Positions 1 to 5,453 of a stretch of DNA of 64,000 nucleotides are shown in pieces (within the stretch, counting starts at the first letter, position 1; the number at the start of each line of letters is the position of its first letter). Source of the stretch: a virus; the IMG/VR virus record IMGVR_UViG_3300000052_000006; one strand, written 5' to 3'. A model generated the notes under the pieces. It was given only the letters and a program-made list of their open reading frames with translations. It was not told the origin of the DNA and made no database searches. The translations under genes were made by a program, and so were the position numbers.

Positions 1-646
1 CGTCGGCCTCGCTCTGCGGATCCGGGGCGACGTCGTTCTCGACGTGCTGGCGCCACCACTCCGCGGCACGGCGCAGGAGTTCGTCCTCGAGATCGGCGTC
101 GCGGGCCATGTGATAGACGCGCAGCTCCTGATTGCCGAACAGCACGGCCAGGTCGGCGTACTGGCAGCCGGTGAGGGCCTCGTACACGCTCACCTGCACG
201 AGATACGACGCGGGCACCTGGTCGGTACCGGCCGCGCCCCATTCACTCGCATCGCTTGCGGCAAAGGCCGATGCCGTCTTCGCCTCGAACAAGCGGTCGG
301 TTCGGATCTCGCCGCGGTGCGACGCCACCTTTGCGCCCTCGGGGATCACCAGGCGATCGACGTGGCCGATCACCATCGGATAGTCGGGGTGGCGCAACAT
401 GGCGTTGTAGCGCTGCACGCGGCGCCCGGTCTTGCGGGTGTATTCGTCGGCGACGAACTGCTCGGCGTAGCTGCCGAAGCGCATCTGAAGCGTTTCGTCG
501 GCGCCCGGTGCCCGGCCGGTTTTCTCCATCCAGACCTCGACCGGGCTGCGGTATTTCGACAGGCCGAGGACGGCGCCGATGTCGGAGCCTCCCAGTCCGC
601 TCCGGCGCTCGGCGAGGAACGCGGCGCGTTTGTCCGGGGCGTTCAT
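1..646 (-). CDS. YqaJ-like recombination exonuclease, 5' part (runs off the window start; full copy 44577-45548)
   Basis: MNAPDKRAAFLAERRSGLGGSDIGAVLGLSKYRSP N-terminus typical of YqaJ. Confidence 0.85.
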   Translation of the reverse strand, partial: MNAPDKRAAFLAERRSGLGGSDIGAVLGLSKYRSPVEVWMEKTGRAPGADETLQMRFGSYAEQFVADEYTRKTGRRVQRYNAMLRHPDYPMVIGHVDRLVIPEGAKVASHRGEIRTDRLFEAKTASAFAASDASEWGAAGTDQVPASYLVQVSVYEALTGCQYADLAVLFGNQELRVYHMARDADLEDELLRRAAEWWRQHVENDVAPDPQSEAD

Positions 647-873
647 GCCACCCCCTTCGCGCGCCGGTCCATACCCCGCGCGATGTCCTGCGCGGTCAGT
701 TCTGCCCGCTGCGCACGGCGCAGCTCGTCGAGCTTCGCTTCGAGCCCGGCGATGTGCGTATCGAACGAGGCTCGCGCCCAGTCGATGTCGGACTCCAGCC
801 GGCGGATCGTGGCGGCGCGCAGGTCGTGCCGGGCGCGGCGCAGGCTGCGGCGCACGAGGGTGACGATGCTCAC
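643..873 (-). CDS. Hypothetical coiled-coil early protein (GTG start)
   Basis: 4-nt overlaps with both neighbours; helical sequence. Confidence 0.6.
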   Translation of the reverse strand: MSIVTLVRRSLRRARHDLRAATIRRLESDIDWARASFDTHIAGLEAKLDELRRAQRAELTAQDIARGMDRRAKGVA

Positions 874-1091
874 GGCCGCGCCTCCGCAACGATCACCCGG
901 CGCGAGGGGCGGGCAGGTACGCTGAAGGGCGGGCATTCGCCGGCGGCGGCCTCGCTGCTCGCCTGGGTGTGCTCGGGCTGCGCCGGGGCAGCGTGCTCGG
1001 CGGCATGTCTGGTGGCGTTGGCGGTCACCGCCACGCCGAGGCCAAAGGCGCACACCAGCGGCAGCAACGTTTTTTCGATCCAGACGTTCAT
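870..1091 (-). CDS. Small membrane or secreted early protein
   Basis: MNVWIEKTLLPLVCAFGLGVAV hydrophobic N-terminus; GGAG RBS; coupled stops and starts. Confidence 0.6.
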   Translation of the reverse strand: MNVWIEKTLLPLVCAFGLGVAVTANATRHAAEHAAPAQPEHTQASSEAAAGECPPFSVPARPSRRVIVAEARP

Positions 1092-1369
1092 TTGTCCTCT
1101 CCTGTCGTGGTGCCGGCGCGGCGGCACGCGGAGTCGTGCTGAGCGGCAATCGCCTGCTCGGCGACATCGAACGACGAGGCACGAATCACCGCCTCGCGCT
1201 CGTGGTAGCGCGTCGTGCCTTCCCCGTCGACGCCGTGGCGGGCGTTCATCCGCCCCCACGAGTTCTTTTCCTCCGGCGTCATGATGTGCAGCGCGTTCAG
1301 AATGATCTGGTGGGCGAAGACCAGCTCTCGCAGAAGGTCCGCCGCGGTTTCCGTCATTGCTCTGGCCAT
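1088..1369 (-). CDS. Hypothetical early protein
   Basis: GGGGAG RBS, overlap with the next gene, phage-like composition. Confidence 0.65.
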   Translation of the reverse strand: MARAMTETAADLLRELVFAHQIILNALHIMTPEEKNSWGRMNARHGVDGEGTTRYHEREAVIRASSFDVAEQAIAAQHDSACRRAGTTTGEDK

Positions 1370-1385
1370 GGCCGTCTCCCCTCTC

Positions 1386-1745
1386 CTAGTCCTGTTCCTG
1401 TTCGGCCAGGCGATCCGCCTCGTCCTCGCGCTCCATCACCGCGACGATGCGTTCGGCTTCTGCACGGGCCTGTGCCTTGAGCGCCCGCCGCAGGGCCGTC
1501 TTCGTCGCCTGCCAGTACGCCATCGGGCCTTCGTCGTAAGCGGCGTTGATCGCCGCGTATTCGTCGTCGGTCAGCGTCGTCATGGCTTCGCCGCGGCTTG
1601 CCTCGTCCTTCATGAGCTCATCGAGCTCGATCTCGGCGAGAATCTCGACCGCCCGCTCGCGCACCTCTTCGCGATCGGAGGTTTCCGGCGGCAACGCGTC
1701 GCCGGGCCCGGGGATGTCCTTCCAGTTCGTGTGCGACATGCTCAC
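1386..1745 (-). CDS. Acidic hypothetical early protein
   Basis: GAGG RBS, ATGA overlap with the upstream gene. Confidence 0.7.
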   Translation of the reverse strand: MSMSHTNWKDIPGPGDALPPETSDREEVRERAVEILAEIELDELMKDEASRGEAMTTLTDDEYAAINAAYDEGPMAYWQATKTALRRALKAQARAEAERIVAVMEREDEADRLAEQEQD

Positions 1746-1930
1746 TTCCTCCTGTGCAGATGACTGCCGATGTGCCAGCCCGAGCAGTGCGGGCAGTGGT
1801 ACGGAGCGATGCGCTCGCAGTGCCTGTGGGCGCTGCGGGTTGCTGCTTTCCGGGCCCGGCCGTGCGAGGTGAACCGGTGCTTGCCGGAGCAGGTCGCCAC
1901 CGGATCGGTGGGGTCGCCTTTCAGGGACAT
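1742..1930 (-). CDS. Small Zn-finger-like protein
   Basis: CSGKHRF...YHCPHCSGWH motif common in phage small proteins. Confidence 0.7.
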   Translation of the reverse strand: MSLKGDPTDPVATCSGKHRFTSHGRARKAATRSAHRHCERIAPYHCPHCSGWHIGSHLHRRK

Positions 1931-2106
1931 TTCAGCGCCCCCCCCGGCAGGCCGCTGGCAAGCGCGGCCGCGACTTCATTGAACCCGGCGAGCACGAACG
2001 AGGCTGCGGCCAGGGAAACCGCCGCGGCGACGAGTAGGATGACGACGACCAGCAGGCCGCGGCCGGCGCGGCGGGTCTGGATGTGATGGCGGGGTAGGTT
2101 CGACAT
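1921..2106 (-). CDS. First PL gene, small membrane protein
   Basis: Basic N-terminus followed by long hydrophobic segment LLVVVILLVAAAVSLAAASFVLAGF. Confidence 0.55.
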   Translation of the reverse strand: MSNLPRHHIQTRRAGRGLLVVVILLVAAAVSLAAASFVLAGFNEVAAALASGLPGGALKCP

Positions 2107-2149
2107 GGCTGGCTCCCGGGGGGCCGACGTGGTTTCGTCGGCTGATTGG

Positions 2150-2191
2150 ATATTAGGCGCGCCTAACAGATAATGCAATAGGTGCTCCTAA
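2150..2191 (-). promoter_or_regulatory. PL promoter with two operators (OL)
   Basis: Minus strand TTGCAT-N17-TAATAT (2178-2173, 2155-2150); operators TTAGGCGCGCCTAA 2153-2166 (perfect palindrome) and ATAGGTGCTCCTAA 2178-2191. Confidence 0.85.
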
Positions 2192-2315
2192 TTTTTTTCT
2201 CGCGCCAGTTCCGCCATGACATTTGTCCCGCCGCACCCCGGGCATATCCGGCCATGGCATCCAACCCGTGTGGGCACTACGTTGAAGGTGGGAATAACTA
2301 CGTCATGGAGCGATC

Positions 2316-3145
2316 ATGAAACAGAGCTACGCAGTGCTCATTCCGCTTGCGGTTGTCGTTGTCGGGTGCGCATCGCCGGTACCGGTTGCGCAAAACTTCG
2401 AACTGACGCGCCAGAAGGTCGCGCGGGCGGCGCACCACTGGGACGTGGTGGCCGAGGACGTGGTCGACCAGACGCTCCGCTCGGTGGCCGAGAAGCCGCA
2501 GCTGCAAGGCCGTGGCCTCTATGTGGGGCAGGCCCGAAGCACGGCTTTCGATGTGGCGTTTCGCAATTTCTGATCACCCACCTTGTTCAGCGCGGCGCGA
2601 CCGTCAGCGAATGCAAGATCGGCTCGCCGGCGGTGGCCGGCTTTGCCCGCGACGGGGCGGACGTCGAGGTCCGCTATCACACGCAGCTCATCGTCCATAG
2701 CGGAAGAGGGTGGGATTACCAGCCGCCGCGGCTGACGATCCTGGCCTCTGGGGTGGCCGTGCTACGCGAAATCTTCCTGGCCGATCACGAGGTGGCCGGG
2801 GCGCTCACCGGTGCGGCGCTCACGGATTGGTGGGCTGGGCACATGGCACGCCCGACCAGAACGGAGGTGATCGTTACGACGACGGTGGTTGAGAACAACC
2901 GCTTCGTCATGCGGACGAAGGACATCTACTACGTCCCGGATGGCGATGCGACCCTCTTCACGCAGAAGGTCGCGCAGCGCGGCATGTGCCCGGAAGAGAA
3001 GACGATGGCCGCCAACGACGACGCCGAGACTCTGCCGCAGGAGATCGTGACCGAGCTGTCGCGGCAGGAAATGCTCAAGCGCGACATGCGCCGGACCAAC
3101 CCCGACTGGAAGCCGACCACGCAACCGACGGCATATTCGTTCTGA
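2316..3145 (+). pseudogene. Lipoprotein moron interrupted by a 1-nt frameshift at about 2568-2573
   Basis: Lipobox LAVVVVG-C in 2316-2573; the reading continues in the -1 frame (RNF|LITHLVQRG) to 3145; span is 830 nt, one short of a multiple of 3. Confidence 0.75.
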
Positions 3146-3252
3146 GTGAAAGCCCCCGCGCTGAGTGTGCCGGGTGAGGGGGCTGCTGCGGCGGCGAGGC
3201 CGCGCCGGGCCGTGCTATCCTCTTGCCACCAACAGCGTGACATAAGGTGGCA

Positions 3253-3495
3253 ATGCGCAAGCCTCGCCTCTACAGCATCCAGTCCCGGCATGCCCGGGAG
3301 TGCGAGCAGATCCTGAGCGAACTGCTCGAACTGGCGAAGGCGGGGCGGCTCACCGGAATCAACTGGTCAGCGGTCACCGACGGGCGCGGAGTGGTTTCCG
3401 GCCGGGCCGGCGTGATGGCGCGCGACGACGGCCTTGCGTTGCTGTCGTCCTTCCGCAAGGCGACCGATATCGCCGGAGAATCGCAGCCACGCTGA
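3253..3495 (+). CDS. Small hypothetical protein of the immunity region
   Basis: AAGGTGG RBS then ATG 3253 (GTG 3247 alternative); extended -10 TGcTATCCT at 3213-3221. Confidence 0.65.
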   Translation: MRKPRLYSIQSRHARECEQILSELLELAKAGRLTGINWSAVTDGRGVVSGRAGVMARDDGLALLSSFRKATDIAGESQPR

Positions 3496-3509
3496 GCCCG
3501 CGGTAGAAT
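3481..3509 (+). promoter_or_regulatory. Sigma70-type promoter for the candidate sRNA
   Basis: TCGCAG (3481-3486)-N17-TAGAAT (3504-3509) followed by a GC-rich discriminator. Confidence 0.65.
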
Positions 3510-3516
3510 CCCGCGC

Positions 3517-3636
3517 TTGCAGGCGTGGAGAGCCACCTCCATGTAGCCTGCGTCCAGACGGCTGCGGGGCCCGAAGAGCCCCCCGACCCAGGCGCGCTGC
3601 ATCCCCCCCTCGGCCCGCTCACGCGGGTTTCTTTTT
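3517..3636 (+). ncRNA. Candidate ~120-nt trans-antisense sRNA against the cII ribosome-binding site
   Basis: Own promoter; hairpin P1 3519-3551, hairpin P2 about 3560-3588, unpaired seed CATCCCCCCCTC 3600-3611 (reverse complement of 4737-4748), intrinsic terminator; no credible ORF. Confidence 0.65.
3614..3636 (+). terminator. Intrinsic terminator ending the sRNA, overlapping the cI stop codon
   Basis: CCCGC-TCAC-GCGGG followed by TTTCTTTTT. Confidence 0.8.
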
Positions 3637-4182
3637 GCGCCCTGCCTCGCGTTGCCGCGGGATCATCGCCTCATTTTCGTTTCTCACCCATTTTGCATCA
3701 AGCTTTTTGACGTCGATCTCCCGCGCCGGCCGGGCTGATGCAGCCGGTTTGGATGCTCCCTGCAGCGCGAGTTCGATGCGCAGCCTGGCCGCCCCTTCGT
3801 CCTCGACCAGGTCTTCGTAGCGGACCCCGAGCGCTTGCAGGGTGCCCGACACGACATCTCTGATCACTTCATAGGTGATCTCACGAGCAGCGCGCTCGGT
3901 TTCGGGTATGCAATCAGGGGGAAGCGGTGCGGATGATAGGTCGTTATCGTGCGCCACGGATTCGTCTGGCGTCTTCGGGCCGCGCCCTTCCGTGAGCCAC
4001 AGCATATTTACACCAAGGAAGGCCGCTGCCCTTTGTGCGGGGACCGCTTTCATGCTCCGCGTCTTGCCGCTGAGCCAGTCGTTCACTGATGGGGTCTTCA
4101 CGCCGCACGCGCGGGCGAGTTCAGTCTGCGTCTTGCCGGAATTGGCAAGGGCTTCGCTGATGCGGTCTTTGAGTGTACTCAT
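3619..4182 (-). CDS. cI: CI-like repressor (XRE/HTH_3 N-terminus, no S24 peptidase domain)
   Basis: MSTLKDRISEALANSGKTQTELARACGVKTPSVNDWLSGKT...LGVNMLWLTEGRG HTH; divergent from cro; flanked by operators. Confidence 0.85.
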   Translation of the reverse strand: MSTLKDRISEALANSGKTQTELARACGVKTPSVNDWLSGKTRSMKAVPAQRAAAFLGVNMLWLTEGRGPKTPDESVAHDNDLSSAPLPPDCIPETERAAREITYEVIRDVVSGTLQALGVRYEDLVEDEGAARLRIELALQGASKPAASARPAREIDVKKLDAKWVRNENEAMIPRQREAGRKKKPA

Positions 4183-4248
4183 ATAGGCAATCCTAACCGG
4201 CAGGCTATTAGGCATTCCTTGACTCTTGAAGTTAGGTGCGCCTAAAAT
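4183..4248. promoter_or_regulatory. OR1-OR3 operators with PR (rightward) and PRM-like (leftward) promoters
   Basis: ATAGGCAATCCTAA 4183-4196, TTAGGCATTCCTTG 4208-4221, TTAGGTGCGCCTAA 4232-4245; PR TTGACT 4219-4224 and TAAAAT 4243-4248; minus-strand -10 TAGGAT 4195-4190. Confidence 0.85.
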
Positions 4249-4255
4249 CTGTGAC

Positions 4256-4633
4256 ATGGACTCGAACCTCGACGCATCCGCAATCATCGACGCACTTGGC
4301 GGCACGTCCGCTGTTGCTGACATGTTTGATATCAAGCCTCCGTCTGTTTCCGAGTGGAGGGAGCGCAACCACATCCCGAAAGCGCGCCTGATGTACCTGA
4401 AGCTCGCGCGCCCGGACGTCTTCGATGGCCTGCCGGTCGGGCAGTGCGCCGACGCTGCAATGCCCGAAGGCGCACAGCCGCCGCTGTCCATACGGAGCCC
4501 CCAGACCGCGTCTGGGCTGGGGGCGAGGCCGGAATCACAGACTTGCGCAGTGGGCTCGACCGTCGCGGGGGCGCTGACCGACGAGTCCGCCGCGGACGGC
4601 GCAACGAGAACGGTCGAGCCGGCTGGCGACTGA
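4256..4633 (+). CDS. cro: Cro-like HTH regulator with a low-complexity C-terminal extension
   Basis: IIDALGGTSAVADMFDIKPPSVSEWRERNHIP is Cro/YdaS-like; first gene of PR. Confidence 0.8.
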   Translation: MDSNLDASAIIDALGGTSAVADMFDIKPPSVSEWRERNHIPKARLMYLKLARPDVFDGLPVGQCADAAMPEGAQPPLSIRSPQTASGLGARPESQTCAVGSTVAGALTDESAADGATRTVEPAGD

Positions 4634-4692
4634 AATGACACACCTTGCACGTCCATCCCGTTTGCTCCTCGTTTCGCTTGCTGCGGGGGCCC

Positions 4693-4726
4693 GCCCAGTC
4701 GGCGTGAGTCGGCTGGGCATCTTTTT
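4693..4726 (+). terminator. tR1-like intrinsic terminator
   Basis: GCCCAGTCGGC-GTGA-GTCGGCTGGGC followed by ATCTTTTT. Confidence 0.8.
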
Positions 4727-4729
4727 GTG

Positions 4730-4762
4730 AGCCTAGGAGGGGGGGATGGAAAGCGCTGGAAA
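4730..4762 (-). promoter_or_regulatory. PRE-like CII-activated promoter
   Basis: Minus strand TTTC-CAGCGC-TTTC tetrad repeat around a poor -35, 17-bp spacer, -10 TAGGCT; same position relative to cII as lambda PRE. Confidence 0.6.
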
Positions 4763-4970
4763 AGCCTTTTCAAAGTTGGTCGCGGCCTACGAGGCCGCCG
4801 GCAAAAAAACGGCGCTCGCATCCGAGCTCGGCGAGCGCGACAGCCAGCTCTCGAAGCTGGTGCACATGCATGGGCCGAAGCTGTGCCGGCTGTTCGACCT
4901 GCTCGGCCTCGAGCTGCACGACGCCGGCTATGTGAAAGCGATCGAGAAGGCGTTGAAGGAGAAGCTGTGA
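4746..4970 (+). CDS. cII: Lambda CII-like transcriptional activator
   Basis: Aligns by eye to lambda CII (G-x-x-x-A-x-x-x-G-x-x-x-SQ[IL]S ... PK[FL]-x-x-L); lies downstream of cro and tR1. Confidence 0.75.
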   Translation: MESAGKAFSKLVAAYEAAGKKTALASELGERDSQLSKLVHMHGPKLCRLFDLLGLELHDAGYVKAIEKALKEKL

Positions 4971-5212
4971 TGGGTGCATCCGATATGACCGCGCAGGCCG
5001 CCGACTTAGTGGCGGCGACGTCGGGCGGCCCGCATGCATGCCATGCGTTCGATAAAGAAATTGTGACGGGCGCGTTTGTGGAAGCCGTCAAGGACGGCAT
5101 CTGCAAGCACGCCGAGTGTCGCCATGGCGGCCGTCGTGGTCTTGGCGATCACCACAAAACGCGAGGCGTCATGACGCACGATGGAGAAGACGATGGCGAC
5201 CCCGAGCAGTGA
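4970..5212 (+). CDS. Hypothetical protein
   Basis: TGATG coupling to the cII stop; no recognisable motif. Confidence 0.35.
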   Translation: MGASDMTAQAADLVAATSGGPHACHAFDKEIVTGAFVEAVKDGICKHAECRHGGRRGLGDHHKTRGVMTHDGEDDGDPEQ

Positions 5213-5453
5213 CGACAGAAATGCCATGGAACGGCCCAGAAATGCGCCCCGGAAGAACTGTCGGCGCCGAAAGAGCCGGAAGACGTGCCTGGTCATGATC
5301 TTCCTGCTGGCTCTGGCTGCCCAGCTCAGCGGCGGAATGGCACTGATCGCCATCCTCGCAGCCCAGATCCTTTTCTTGATCGCATTGATTATCACGGCGA
5401 CTCCGATGACGACTGAGCGTCGTCGCGATTCTAGTCGCATGGGGGAGCGGTGA
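5181..5453 (+). CDS. Putative small membrane protein
   Basis: Basic/Cys stretch then two hydrophobic segments; GTGA overlap with the helicase start. Confidence 0.4.
   Translation: MEKTMATPSSDDRNAMERPRNAPRKNCRRRKSRKTCLVMIFLLALAAQLSGGMALIAILAAQILFLIALIITATPMTTERRRDSSRMGER

Noticed and set aside
3541-3546. ATG-TAG start-stop minigene in the sRNA
   Set aside because: Its GGAG and ATG are both paired in hairpin P1; no evidence of ribosome access
3533-3588. Additional sRNA targets via CCACCTCC (matches 13556-13563 and the 3245-3251 RBS) or the C6 run (G8 before 1930)
   Set aside because: Only 7-8-nt matches, mostly within predicted stems; expected by chance in a GC-rich 45-kb genome
3594-3611. 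DNA-level copy of PRE (a second CII-activated promoter) as the explanation for the 12-nt match
   Set aside because: The TTTCC tetrads and the TAGGCT -10 are not reproduced here; only the SD/AUG complement is, which favours RNA pairing
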